DNA of 64,000 nucleotides from Octopus sinensis (lineage: Eukaryota). The notes beneath the pieces are model-generated. The model was not told the DNA's origin and did no database searches. It saw only the letters and a list, made by a program, of their open reading frames with translations. Position 1 is the first letter of the stretch, and each line of letters begins with the position of its first letter. Positions 44,053-58,617 of this stretch are shown one piece after another. Made by a program: the position numbers and the translations under genes. The stretch spans positions 98,456,001-98,520,000 of the forward strand of contig NC_042999.1 of the NCBI RefSeq assembly GCF_006345805.1, read 5' to 3'.

Positions 44053-44324
44053 ATTAAAAAAAACTTGAAATGAAAACTAAAAATATAAACTAAGAACTCA
44101 GAGCTTAAAATGTAACTAAATGCCTTGGCCACTTACCTGCGGCTGTGCCAATCCTAAGTCCGTTACCTTATCTTTATGGCAAGGAAGTATATATAAGGAG
44201 AAACCTGGAAAACTACTACATCGTCGTTCAGGCTGTTAGAAATAGTTGTCAAATCACCATCAAATTACTCGCTATCTGATTTTTTCAAATGAGTAATCAC
44301 TGTATCAACAGACTCTCGGATGTC

Positions 44325-45140
44325 GTTAGTTAGTTAGTTAGTTAGTTAGTTAATTTGGCTCAAAAGCAAATAGCAAGGCCATGTAGGGGGACATGGAGTT
44401 AAGTACAGGGTGGTGTTCATGTAAAGAGTTCAGGCCACTTGAGGTCCAGGGAGGCTTTGAACAAAGCGGTCGTCGGCATCTTCACCATCTCGTCTGGCAG
44501 CTTGTTCCACGGATCCGCAACCCGGACGGAGAAAGCTCCTCACCTTCGATTGAGATGAAATCGTCGCAGGTAGAGCTTTTCGGAATGACCCCGCAGCTGA
44601 CGCTCCGGAGCAGGAGTGAAGAACAGCTCTTTCGAGAGGTTACACTTCCCGCTTATGATGTTGTGGGCGAGAATGAGATCACCACGGCGGCGGCGTTTTT
44701 CAAGAGAATAAAGGTCGAGCGTCCTCAGCCTTCTTCGTAGGACAAATTTTTGAGACCATGAACCATGCGGGTAGCCAGCCTCTGGACTCTTTCGAGATGC
44801 TGTATGTCTTTGAGGAGATAAGGAGAAGAGGCTTGAATCCCATACTCCAATATGGGTCTCACCAGCGTGACATAGAGTGGTAGGAATATGGCTGCTGTGA
44901 GCATTCCGAATGACCGTCGAATCAAAAACAGAATTCCGCGCGCTTTGTTGGCAGCATGGACGCACTGGGCCGAAGGCGAAAAGGAGGAATCCACCAAGAT
45001 ACCCAGGTCCTTTACCTGATCGGTCCTCTCCAGCAGCAGACGACTCGGCTCGAAATCAAGTTGAGTTGCAGGAGTAGAGCCGACAGGCAGATGACAGCAC
45101 TTTGACACGTTCAGACACAGGTCCCAATCGTTATACAACC
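44325..45140 (-). mobile_element. 5'-truncated CR1-clade LINE with (TAAC)n tail and a single frameshift
   Basis: ORFs 44725-45138 (VKDLGILVD, RPILEYG, LERVQRLATRMV) and 44540-44965 (LYSLEKRRRRGDLI, LRGHS.KL) join via a 1-nt deletion near 44727. The frame continues FSVRVADPWNKLP; tail at 44325-44352. Confidence 0.92.
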
Positions 45141-46732
45141 CCTGGTCATAATGAGTTTTCTTGCATTGTGTCAGTTTTTGAATGATGCCACCCTGCTAGT
45201 GAAGCGAGGGAACTAATATCCCTTCTAAACGAGACGCCAGTTCGTCACAGGGTTATCCATTTACAGCTGAGTGGACTGAAGCAATGTGAAATGGGGGGTT
45301 TTTCTCATAAATACGATGCAGCGCCGATATTGAGAGTAATGCTTTACCCAATAGGCCACGCACCTTCGCTAAAATGTTTGAAACGGACAACATTGAGAAA
45401 ATATGATTTAAACAGCTAATATACTATTCTATAATACTGGTTTTAAATTTTGGCACAAGGCCAGCAATTTAGAGGGAGGGGGTTAAGTTGATTAAATGGA
45501 CCCCTGTGCTCAACTAATATTTTATCGACCCCGAAAGGATAAAAGGCTTAGTCATCCTCGACGGAATTTGAATTCAGAACGCAAAGACGGACGAAATGCC
45601 GCTAAGCATTTCCTCCGGCTTCCTAATGATCCTACCAGCTCGCTGCCTTCACAATGGACAGACATATTGAATTAGCCCTTTCATTACTCTACTTCTAATT
45701 AATAGAAACCTCTATGTATCTCCATCAAATTCTAAAATAATTGTCAATTTAGACTAGTAGCGAAAAAAAAAGAAGAAAACAGAAAAAAAAACAACTTTAT
45801 ATTTCTGAATATATTTAAGTGGCGTTTTGAACACGACCTAACAAAATGATTTTCCATTTATTTTCCTAAAATTACTCTTATTACAGACATGTACTTATAC
45901 AACTTGAATTTTTTTTTACCTTTTAGTCAGAGAGAGAACGGTAGTACTCATGGACCTATTTCACCAGAACTTTAAGACTGTGGGGAAGAAGGGATGTAGT
46001 TTTCCTTTAAGCAGAAACGTTGTCCAAATCTTTGCAACAGAATGAACTCTGCTAAAAGCAATAAACGCTATATAGATGTTAATTCCAATTTTGTTTAAAT
46101 ATCATCATATAAATGAGTTATTAGTCAATTATATTGCTTAATGCCTATTATTATATTTACAAGGAGAAACAGCGTTTATCCTAGTTGTCTTAATGGGACT
46201 AAGTATGGTGTGATGTAGTAATTTAAAAGCAGCAGTTGCTGGAAAAGTAAACGGGCTGGAAGGTATGTATTGATGGTCATTGGAAAGGTCAAAGGTAAAA
46301 ACCAGTTCCATTTTAGTAGAAAACATTAAGTAAAAAAAAAAGAAGGAAGGAAGAAGACCGATGTTTATGTCGAATTAAAACAGTGTTTGATCAATACGCT
46401 TTTGCTGAATAAGAACAAAGAGGAGGAGGATGTTGATGGTGGTGGGTGATGGGTAATTGGTGGGATTAGTAGTTTTGGTGGTGGTAATGATGGTAGTAGC
46501 AGTGGTGATAGTGGCGGTGATATAGGTGGTGGTCATCTTAATGGGCTTCGGTTATCTTAAGGTTCACGGCTATGATGATGATAAGACAATGATAATGATG
46601 GTGAGATTGATGATGATGACGACGACGACGACGACGATGACTATGCTGACGGTACATTTGTGGATGATGTTGATGATTATGGTGGTAGTAATGATAATGC
46701 TGCTGATGATGATCAGGATGATGGAGGTGAAA

Positions 46733-46776
<44 letters not shown>

Positions 46777-47800
46777 CAATATTCCAGCTTGGTAATAAAA
46801 AATCAATAATAGTATTCTAACTTTGGTACAAATCCATACATTTAAATTTGGGTTAAGTGTTGATTTCATATTTAATTGGCTCCAGTACTTGACTGGTATT
46901 TCCTTCACCGAAAGGTTTTTAACTCACAATACAAAAGAAGGTGGCTAAATACGTCAATACACTTCACATGGTGACAAACACATCCTATTACGCATTTGGA
47001 CAGGTCTTCCGCCACATCTTCTTTCGAAGGTCTTGTGTCTTATTTCTTTTAAGATAATCAAGATGTCATCGTTTCTCTCATTTTCCTGAATGAATTCGTC
47101 AGGCACGGATGTACTAGCTTTTGTAGCATACCTGTCCCATGTCTTTCCTTTTTTTGAGCTGCTTGATATCGAAGAATTCCTCATGAGCTACAACACTTGC
47201 AAAGAATGAATTACAACTGCTTCTGTTGACGTTGTTGATGTTGATGCAGTTATTACTGTTGTTACCATTGCTGCAGTTGTTGTTGACGGTGGTTTTACGC
47301 TTGTTTGGGTCTTTTAAGGTTGTGATTTTTTGCTTGAGAAATTGAAATTGCCTGTGTTTATAACTGTGTTTGTTTAATTGTCATTATTTGTTTAGCGGAA
47401 TGTATTCATTGGCAACAACACCTCCCGCTGCCGCGGAGGTGATGATATTAAAATGCCGATAAACAAAGCAAAATGGATGCTTGCTAAAATGTGTTTGCAC
47501 TATGAATATCTGGGGACCAACCTTCTTTTACTACCCCAGGATAATGGGGTGAGTACTAAAATATTCCGAATCCATTTGTTGATAAGAGCACACATAAACA
47601 CACTTGCAAAAGCATCACACACATACGCGCGCGCGATAACAAACATCTCAACTTCTCACTCATACCGTTTAAAAGGTTTATCGATCAATTATTTGAGGAA
47701 GAGAATATCTGGTAAACGGAATTATGTAAAACGCGACCCTTCACGGGAAATATACCCATGACTATTAAGTACAACCAGAACAACACACTTATTTTATTAC

Positions 47801-47831
<31 letters not shown>

Positions 47832-47843
47832 CATACATACATA

Positions 47844-47914
<71 letters not shown>

Positions 47915-48360
47915 GTGTGTGTGTGTGTGTGTGTGCAAGCGCGTGTATACATACATATATACACGCATACACGCTAATAGACGTGATGGTCACTCCTGGA
48001 ACTCTTTTAATTGAAAGCCAGTTGAATCACTGTTGATCTATGAATTGAACCCCTTCACTAACAAAGTAGGGGGGCACTTAGAGTGTGTATTTCTAGATAC
48101 ACATTGCTTGAATATTAAGAAGCGGGACGGTCGTGGTTAGGTAGTTTTTGAACAAATATTTGCTTTATTGTGCGTGGCCAACTCGGAGTTAAACCACTAA
48201 AACAACGTACAACTCATCTTGCTTACTTTGGATTTTTAGCTCCTGAACAAGTCACAGGGACGCCGTCGTGACATACGTGTTGCGGGAGTCGTAAATTAAA
48301 AGTGCCTACCCTTCTCCAGTCTAGACGACAGACGATTTCTTTCCCAGAGACTGAAAGATT

Positions 48361-48362
<2 letters not shown>

Positions 48363-48452
<90 letters not shown>
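48363..48452. repeat. (GA)n microsatellite
   Basis: Directly visible. Confidence 0.95.
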
Positions 48453-48456
<4 letters not shown>

Positions 48457-49494
48457 AGTACTGGTATTTTAATTTATCGATCCTAAGAAAGATGAAAGCT
48501 AAAGTTGACCTGGGCGAGCTTTGAACTCAGAACACAGAGACACCCGAACAAATACTGCAAAGCATTCAAACTAACGTTCTAACATCTCTGCTAATTTGCC
48601 GCCTTTAATAACGTATCTTACATGACATTGCAATCGGTGCAAAATGCTCATGAAATTTAATCAGGGTTACACGGTGTAAAATATCGCATGAACACATTTT
48701 ATCGAGTGGTTTAAATGCGTTTTAATTTAAGTAAAACAACATAAAAAATCTAATTGGTTTTTATCTTATAATCAAGCTAAAACACTATATTGATTCTTGA
48801 CCTGATGCTTTCCAATATCTAACATAGTTTGGGTTCTGTCTTTGTCTGCGACATGAATTTTTAGATGTGCCGTTTGATCAGTTTCTCTAAGCACTAATTA
48901 CTACTTCAAACTGAGTGCAACTTTTCTGTTTAAATTAAATGCTGTGTGTGTTCCATTTACCATACATTAATCCTCTTGCCACACAGTAGAAGGTATGCAT
49001 CATATACATATATTCGTACGAACATATAAACATATATACACATATACACTCATGCATACATCATATGCTACAAATGATCACGATATCTGGGCCTATAAAA
49101 GTCTGCAAGACCTTCTTAAGATTTAAAAGATGATGGTTAAAACAAGACACTATCCTTCACAACATTGCTATCAACTAGGTGACCTATCAAAATTTACTCT
49201 AAAATTGATTTTAATATTTTTGGCACTAGGTCAGTAATTTTGGGAGAAGGGTAAGTCGATTACATCGACCCCAATGCTCAACTGGTACTTACTTTATCGA
49301 CCCCGAAAGAATGAAGGGCAAAGTCGACCTCAGCGGAATTTGAACTCAGAACGTGACGAACGAAATACCACTAAGCATTTCACCCGGCGTGCTAACTATT
49401 CTGTCTGCTCGCCTCTTTCAATTTACTCTAAAATTAAAAAGAAAAGAACATACATGCATGCACACATACATACATACATACATACATACATACA

Positions 49495-49525
<31 letters not shown>

Positions 49526-50273
49526 GCATAGGAATGTTTCCAGAACAGTTGAGAATGATACTAATACTATTATATTTTGACCGCTACATCATATCATACT
49601 TCGAAAGTTATGCTACAAAATACCTGATAAATAAAAGAGATGTAGTCCTTGAAGCCTCAAAATGCAACCCAAAAAGTTGATTATGTTACATTTCTGTGGA
49701 AAATACACGCAGAAACAGTAGCTGCCCAAAATGTACTACCTTTTGTAAGGGTGTGTGTGTGTGTGATTTTATGTGTGTGTACTTGTGATTTATGGCTTCA
49801 AACGTAAACCCTACGTCAAATACAGATAATTTGTTAAACATATAATATAATCATCAATTCTTCATAGTCTCCATATTATGTTTTCACTTCATTTGGCTAA
49901 AAGTTGATACTTGTTTACTTCTCGTAATTCATTTTATGTTGTTTTTTCTTGACATGTATACAGAGATATGCATGCACGCGCGAACGTACACCTCCACGCA
50001 TGTACAGAGTTTTATTACAAAATTAAACATATTTAGTTAAAATTATTACGCAAATACAATAAATAGAATCAAAGCAATGGAAATTGAGAAATTAATATAT
50101 TCTGATGTAAGAGCATTGTAGTTTGCTAGAAGCATTGTGATACAGAACAAATATTGAAGAAGGCGAAGTTCCTACGATACGAAAAGAAAGAGTTTGATAA
50201 TCTTTATATATTTCAGACACAAAGGCCCATCATCACAAATAAATGGCACAAAGAAATGTAAGTTTATGTAGAG

Positions 50274-50569
50274 CAGTGTTTCTCAAACTTTTTCGGACTG
50301 CCGCCCCTTTGGCATCCAGGTCACATTCTTAGGAACCCCACCCTCCACAACTCACTACCACAAACATAAACGAATTTCTGCAGCAAATTCAAAACAACCG
50401 TATTTAACAAATAAATCTTAACTTAATTAAGGCATCCTTTTGTTGTTTTTACCTTCATCACTCCCCCTTTGGCCACCCCTTTATTGCTCCACTTTCCTTC
50501 ACTTCCCCACCCCGCTTGATCTTTCCACCGCTCTCAGAGCGGGAGTACCACCGACTTCGGGAACCATTG
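50274..50569. mobile_element. hAT-type MITE with 8-bp TSD
   Basis: Ends CAGTGTTTCTCAAAC / CTTCGGGAACCATTG; flanks ATGTAGAG (50266-50273) and ATTTAGAG (50570-50577). Confidence 0.8.
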
Positions 50570-51359
50570 ATTTAGAGATTGCCGTGTTGATTACAGTCAT
50601 AACAGAATCTACGTAAACTTTCATTTATGGGAGCCGTTCACTTCTGATGATGGGCCTTTGTGCTTGAAATGTATAAAGGTTTGGTACGTAGATCTTAGAT
50701 ACATATGTGTGATGGTATGATGCTAAAGAGAGCAGGGTCAGCGCTGTAAGAAGCTCTCCGGTTCAACATTTGTGATGTCATAATTTGATATAATTTCGAT
50801 ATGCTAAGAAATACTGGGTTCCTAAAATCCAAACATGCACTTAGGCTACGAGAATGAAAAGAATTGATTGGATTTTTAATAATAATTTTCAAATGAAGGC
50901 ATGATTTTATCTAAATTTTTCATCATCCGCATTCATGAAATCCTATTATCATTTATTTTAGCTTTAGGATTAATAAAATCAATACAATGTCCCAAATCAA
51001 AATTTTCATGGGAGGTTAATGCTCAATATTCTTTCCTTAGTCGATGCAGTTATAAGAAAAATAAAATAAAAATATTTCGTTTTTGGATTTGGTTTGCAAG
51101 ATTCTTTATGTGAGTTCGTGTGTTGAAGCATATTCTATTGTGTCTGGGGAGAGTCATTTTCTTTTTGTGTCTTATAATTTAACACACTCAGCGGTAAAAT
51201 TTCCACTTATTTCTTATTTTTATTTTCCTAAAATTTTCGTTGTATCTTGTAACCTTTCCAATAGTTTTTCTAGACTACTTCTGAAGTTCTGCTAGCTATG
51301 AAACATATGTAGCGTGGATTTTATCTACACCATTCCTTAACTTTGAATATATATATATT

Positions 51360-51450
<91 letters not shown>

Positions 51451-51891
51451 AATTTAATGCACAAAATATGGATTTATCTAATCCGGTGGCACTGACAAAA
51501 AAGCTCCTTCAGTGGAAGAGTCCCTAAACCACGGAGTAAACCAATATAATATGTGTGCATACATATTATATGCACTTACACATTGCGTGGATGTGTATGT
51601 ATATAATTTTTACGAGATAGTAAACGGTAACTTCGAAGTGATGTCAGTATTTTTCGTCAGAGACTACTGAGCTGAATCTTCGAAGTCACTGTCAACCGCT
51701 CTCCCTCTCTCTCTCTCTCTCTCCTTCTCGGAAAAACAGCGGTGATACTCGATTTAAATGTAATGTTTGATTATTCTATTAATGTTTAATTGTTTTATAA
51801 ATGTGTGTGTTTGTGTGAGTATGTTTGTGTCTGTTCGAGTGAGATTGTGTATGTGTGTGAAAGAGGGAGAGATACTGTGTGAGTATGAGAG

Positions 51892-51947
<56 letters not shown>

Positions 51948-52484
51948 GTGTGTGAATGAAGTGGATTTATTAATTCATGTAATGGACTTTTCAGATGGCG
52001 GTGGTTGTTTGTGCTTTCGAATCAGCAGACAGTGATACACAGAACCGATTTCATCAATATATCGAATATTGATATCTCTACAAAATGTCATGTATCACAG
52101 ACTCATAATAGCAGCTGAAGCGGTTGTTTTTGGTTTTGTTTTTGTTTTTGTTTTCCGTCTTATTTTAATTCGGACTTGGTGGATGTGTTGGCATTTGCTG
52201 GCTGGTGGTTGTAGTTGTACGGGGTTGCGCATGTTATGTCGACACGAGGTGAGAAGGATACAGATTTTGGACATGCATTTATATAGCGATAAACAATCAA
52301 GAGCACCCATAAAGACGAACATTAATGCATAGACAACCTATGAAGTGAATGCTGAGAATCTACTTAGTGAATACAATTAAACAGCAAATAATTAATAAAA
52401 CATATTTATTGCATAATAATATTTTTGAGGTTGTGATCATTTGCATTTATGAACAGATGTAGGAATATTGGTGTGATGTCGTGT

Positions 52485-52700
52485 GTGTGTGTATGAGCAT
52501 GTAATCGTCTGTGGCGTGTGTGCATGTGTTTGTGTGTGTATAGCTGTGGATTTAGTTGTGTGTATGTGTGTATCCATGGGTACATGAGATGTGTGTGTGT
52601 GAGCATGTAATCGTCTGTGGTGTGTGTGTGTGTATAGTTGTGGGTTTAGTTGTGTGTATGTGTGTATCCATGGGTGTATGCGTACATGAGATGTGTGTGT
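52485..52700. repeat. ~105-bp tandem duplication in a TG-rich tract
   Basis: GAGCATGTAATCGTCTGTGG...TTTAGTTGTGTGTATGTGTGTATCCATGGGT occurs twice. Confidence 0.85.
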
Positions 52701-52940
52701 GTATGTGTGTGTGTGTGTGAGTGTGTGTGTGTGTGAGTGTGTGTGTGTGTGAGTGTGTGTGTGTGTGAGTGTGTGTGTGTGAGTGTGTGTGTAGACTGTA
52801 TTAATTGAGCACATAGAATGTTTTGTGGTTGGCAGAGAGAAACTAATATAATTTCAATAGTTTATATATTGCAGGTTTATACAAATAGCTACCTACATTT
52901 AGAGGGATACAGATGTCTATGACTGATGCACATACAAACA

Positions 52941-52989
<49 letters not shown>

Positions 52990-53653
52990 GCGTGTCTGTA
53001 GGTAATTATTTGAAAGACTATATTCATGTACTCTCTCACACATTGAGCCATAAACGTGAACACAATCACAGCTAACAACCAGTCAGGTTTACGTTTTCTC
53101 TGACCTTTGCTCGTCATGCAATATACATGGGTTCTCTGTGCCCCAACGGATGTGTCCAAATCATCATTAAAACTCAGCAACAAGAAGTAGAAATACTTGT
53201 AACACAAGCGTATAAGGCAGGCATCGCCCGCCATTTTAGTTGCACTGCTTCTCACCAGTCACCTCTAAAACATTGATTTTCCAGATGGAAGTCATTCTTG
53301 AGAATTTTGCTATCTTGCGTATTATACATTCCCACAGCATTTGCAAGCACCCACGCATTCAGTCAATGAAATTCAAGCCAGTGGCGGACAAAAGCTCATG
53401 AAGGCGCCTCCACAATGTCACTCGGCATGCTAGAAATAGTAGGCACCCTAGCTCTTATCATAAAAATGAGAAGTAAATACTTGATAATGTTATTCTAGAT
53501 GCTGCTATGCCTGAAGTGAAGATTGAGTGGTCACTTTTGGAACACCTTTTATTACACGTCTGCTAGGATACACAAAACAATATCCCAAATACATAGATAA
53601 GCATATACACACATACGTACATACATACATATACACATGCATGCAAACATGCA

Positions 53654-53741
53654 TACATGATGAAGGCTGGGGGTTATATTAGCAAAACGTTGTGTTAACA
53701 ACAAACAAGATGAGGACAAATATCCGTCAATTGTAAATAAT
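53654..53741 (+). mobile_element. Solo Penelope pseudo-LTR fragment with degenerate hammerhead motif
   Basis: Homologous to 56220-56307 (TGATGAAGGCTGG...AAACGTTGTGTTAACAACAAACAAGATGA.GACAAATATCCGTCAA.TGTAAATAAT). Confidence 0.75.
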
Positions 53742-54329
53742 GAAAATAATGTTAATATTTTTGCTTCTGATATTCACCTTTTCTTTTGTTAATTCAGCTT
53801 CTTTAAAGAATTACCGTGTCTTTAGTTCTCCTTTATACCTACATATACAGTGACGCACAATGGTTATTGTCACCAAAGTTCGCGCTATGCTATTAAAATC
53901 TGCTAACTATTCTGACATAAAGATTGCTAATAGAAAAAAAATAATAAAGAAAGAAATGAACGTGACTTCCTCTTTGTTTCTGAGCGTGTATTATCAGATT
54001 CGAAAATAATTTATCAGCAGATTATAACAGAAAATTGCAAGAACAGAATAATAATAAAAAAATCAAAAGAATCTGCTTTAGTTAATGGATTTTCAATGAA
54101 TTTATGACACAACTTTACTAACAGAGAATGTGATCTTTAGGTCGTTCACCTTTCGGTCCTTACTTTTTTGTTTCACTCTTCTCCCGTTATATGGCCATAC
54201 ATCCACTGCCATACCGTGATACAAGGGGTTATGGTGCATACCCTGCTCTCTGTAAACGATTAAATGTTTCTTAAAAGGAAACAGAAGGAATTCATACATT
54301 AATTAAAGTGCTTTAATAATTTATGATAA

Positions 54330-54775
54330 GCAAGGCAGTGAGCTGGCAAATTCGTTAGCACACGGGGCAAAATGCTTAGCGGCAATTCCTCCGTCATTAC
54401 GTTCCGAGTTCAAATTCCGTCGAGGTCGACTTTATTTTCCATCCTTTCGGGATCGATAAAATAAGTACCAATTGAGCACTGGGGTCGGCATAATTGATTT
54501 ACTCCATCCCCCGAAATTGCTGACCTTGTGCCAACATTTGAAAATAATATTTGTGGTAAGTAAGGCGACGAGTTGGCAGAACCATTAGTACGCCGTACAA
54601 AATGCTTATTTCGTCTGTCTTTACGTTCTGAGTTCAAATTCCACCAAGGTCGATTTTGCCTTTCATCTTTTCGGGGTCGATAAAATAAGCACCAGTGGAG
54701 CGTTGGGGTTAATGTAATCGACTTAACACCACACCCGAAATTGCAGGCCTTGTGCCAAAATTTGAAACTAATGTT
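54330..54775 (+). mobile_element. Two tandem full-length SINE family A copies
   Basis: Each has its own head (54333, 54562) and a CCTTGTGCCAA.ATTTGAAA tail. Confidence 0.85.
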
Positions 54776-55060
54776 TGAGATGAGTCTACTACATTTGATG
54801 GATGTGTAGTATACAACATGGGGTAAGTACATCAGAAAATTACACTCTGTTACATGCCTAACTCCTCATCCGTTCCATATTAAGTATGTCTGTTAAAATA
54901 ACAACCCAACATCGTTTAAATGTACTGGACTACTTTCAAACGTCAAGCGAGCCTGATATTTAGTACTGGAAAGCGAAGAGAAATAATTTTCCCATGTCTT
55001 TTTGACAGGCTCAAGCACCACACTGGCGCGCACACACACAGTCGCACACGCACACACACA

Positions 55061-55091
<31 letters not shown>

Positions 55092-55379
55092 AACACACAC
55101 ACACACACACCACACACACACACACAGAGAGAGGCTCATACGCGCACGCACACAGACGCACACGCACACACACAGAGGCTCATACGTGCACACACATACG
55201 AGCACACATGCACATGCATACACACACGTAAACGAGTCAATGAGCGAGCCTCTGTGTGGTCGCTCACCCTAAAAGTAATAGCAGCTAAATCTCTATCAAA
55301 CTACACTATTCCATCAATAAAAATTACTGAAATGAAAATGAATGGTTAATATTGAACTATTAACTTCACAGAATTGAAT

Positions 55380-56310
55380 CAACCAGGTGGTGAGTCTAGA
55401 TATGATAAGTCTGTTCACCAAAGTTCCAACTGGTGAATCACTATCGGTGATTTAAGAGAAACTAGTGACAGATACCCATCTAAAAGAACGCACTAGTATA
55501 CCAATAAGAAACTTGATGGAAATGTTGACCTTGTGTGTAGAAACTACCTATTTCAGTATGGACACTGATCTATATCGACAGAAGAGGGTTTAGCTATGGG
55601 TTCACCATTATCACCGATAATAGCCAATATATACATGGAATACTTTGAGAATTTAGCTTTAGGATCAACACCACTAAAACCAACCCTATGGCTGCAATAC
55701 GCTGATGACACCTTTATACTCTGGCCTCACCAGGAAGATGTCCAAGTGCTGTTAGATCATGTGAACTCAATAAAGCCATCCATACAGTTCACAATGGGAA
55801 AGGGAAAAGACAATCAGCTAGCATTCCTGGATGTATCAATAACACGCACCAAGTATGGATTCAGGACATCCGTTCACCGCAAGCCGACCTTCACTGGACG
55901 ATTCCTCAACTTCAATTCTCACCATCCATACAGTGTAAAGAGAGGGATTGCTCAGTGCCTAAAACATCGAGCAAAGACTATAAGTAGCGATCGTGATACC
56001 CACCACGAAGAAATGATTAAGCTCAGTAACAATCTATTAAGCAACAACTACCCCAAAAACATACTATCCACTCCAATTATGAAGTAAAGGGAGGATGAAA
56101 CCAATAAACTGTTCATAGTCTGCCTTCCCTATGTGAAAGGCCTCTCCGAAAAGATACAAAAGATATGCGGCCCTTATGACATCAGGCAGTGAGAACCCAG
56201 GTTCGAAATTTCCCCAAGACACCTGATGAAAGCTGGAGGGTATATCAGCCGAAATGTCGTGTTAACAACAAACAAGATGAAGACAAATATCCGTCAAATG
56301 TAAATAATAT
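55380..56310 (+). mobile_element. Penelope-like element (PLE) relic: RT domain fragment, apparent internal deletion, 3' pseudo-LTR
   Basis: Translation VSLDMISLFTKVP..., GLAMGSPLSPIIANIYMEYFE, YADDTF, SIQFTM, LAFLDV, VHRKPT..GRFLNFNSHHP, LPYVKGLSEKI. No GIY-YIG motif is seen before the junction at ~56186. Confidence 0.92.
56218..56263 (+). ncRNA. Minimal type I hammerhead ribozyme motif
   Basis: Stem I GACAC/GTGTT, core CTGATGA (56223-56229), stem II GCTG/CAGC, GAAA (56251-56254), cleavage triplet GTC. PLEs are known to carry such motifs. Confidence 0.75.
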
Positions 56311-56405
56311 AATATTGAAATGTCTTCACGCATAGCTATGCTGAATCTGACCTAACCTGAGATACACTCACATGCAAAATATTCGAATACATGTACCTGC
56401 ACATT

Positions 56406-56554
<149 letters not shown>

Positions 56555-57819
56555 ACACATATATATATATACATACATAATCACACACATATATATACAT
56601 AAACACTAGTATGCACCAGTATTTAATGATACACGTACACATATATGAATAAATTTAAACAAAACACACACATGCACACTGAAAAATATATTTGTATACA
56701 CTCACACACGACACGAACACAACACATTAGAGATAATCGAAAACTCGTATTAAATGCAGAAGTATTTAATATTTTCTACAAAAAAAAGTTTAACATGAAG
56801 AAACACACACAAATATACATAGAGAGAGACAAACTCATAGATAATTGCACACGTAACAGGCATGTACACTTTGTGTAATTACCGCACAAACATACACATA
56901 TCATAAGTACACATACACTGGCGCATTCATTCTGTCTCAATCAATAGATGTTTTTGTGTGGAGCTGAATATAGAATAAGATATATTTCTTCACTTTCGAT
57001 ACGCACAGCGACACACACAGCGACACACACACACACATAGACACACACACACACACACATACACACACACACACGCACACACACACACACACAAAACAAA
57101 CTGCGCTTAGAGACATTCAACTCTAAATATACAAGACCGCAACATATATTAGGCTTCGCTAACATAGGTCAATGTCCTCAGCATATCAAAAACTGCAACA
57201 CAAAGACCTGTCTTCCGTTCCGTAACAAGAAAGATCTTTACCTGACAATTTCTTAACCTTTTATTAGTTTAACAGTAACTCGTGGAATACTGACTGCTCT
57301 TTACATCTGAGACAACGCTGTAGCTACACATTCATATATCCAAGATCGCATCTAACAAAAGGCTAACATAGTAAATTTCTTTATTTACCATGAGGTTAAG
57401 AAAAAGAGGAGACGATATGAGGACAGACAAAACAAACATTGGGGTCAGGGTATCGAATGAGACGAAACAATTAAAATATATACAATTAAATGAGAAAGAG
57501 TGATTTACAAAAAATGAAGCGGAGGATGCGGTCGACCCTACAAACTACATACTCACACCGAAGACTTTGCTTTCTCCTTTTTATATTCTCGTTTAAACAG
57601 GTTCTTTCACTCGCACGCCATGAAGTCGCTCGGGAACATATTCCAACCTATGGCAAAATAAATACGTACTTTTTTCACTTAATGCTTTCACAATGACCCT
57701 GTATTTTGGGACTGACTGTTCTCATACTCCCTCCACTCAGACACACCGGCTCATGTGACCCATTTCTTCTCTTCTCATTGCCCATACTTTCTGTTCCCAT
57801 CACATACCTACTTCTTTAC

Positions 57820-58040
57820 TACCCACAAGGGGCTAAACACAGAGGAGACAAACAAGGACAGACAGAGGGATTATGTCGATTATATCGACCCCAGTGCGTA
57901 ACTGGTACTTAATTTATCGACCCCGAAAGGATGAAGGGCAAAGTCGACCTCGACGGAATTTGAACTCAGAACGTAACGGCAGACGAAATACCGCTAAGCA
58001 TTTTGCCCGGCATACTAACGTTTCTGCCAGCTCGCCGCCC
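57820..58040 (-). mobile_element. SINE family A monomer
   Basis: Full head, body and tail; matches 6575-6797. Confidence 0.9.
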
Positions 58041-58409
58041 TTTCCCATCACATACCGCCTCTAGATTAATCACTACATCCATATCTTCCTGAGTAACAAG
58101 CTGACCATTTGGAAATTTACTCTTGCTCATGATTTTACTACAGTCGCAACTAGACGTGTGACTCTGACTGCTCAAGAGAAACTTTACTCATGTCTATCTC
58201 ACCGGTTAAGAAAACCATGGGACTATTCCTTTCTTTCAGAACAAACAAGTAAAAAGAAAATAGAGAAACAGAACGTGCATTCATACACACACCACTTATC
58301 ATTTGTGTAGATATACAAGTATACGCATGTAAGTACATACATAAAACAAAACATACAAATTTGTATATATACATAATACACACATACATACATACATACA
58401 TACATACAT

Positions 58410-58440
<31 letters not shown>

Positions 58441-58551
58441 AATACCACATTGATGTTGAAATTTCATTGAAGGAGTCACGGATCTAGGTTAGAAACCGTC
58501 TCTTTCTCCATTGGCAAGGAATGTAGAAATAACATTTGATAGTACAGATAG

Positions 58552-58617
<66 letters not shown>

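Noticed and set aside
48285-48305. GTCGTAAATTAAAA Hox-like site suggesting a Hox-cluster context
   Set aside because: A single short motif; no homeobox (WFQNRR-type) sequence was noticed in the window.
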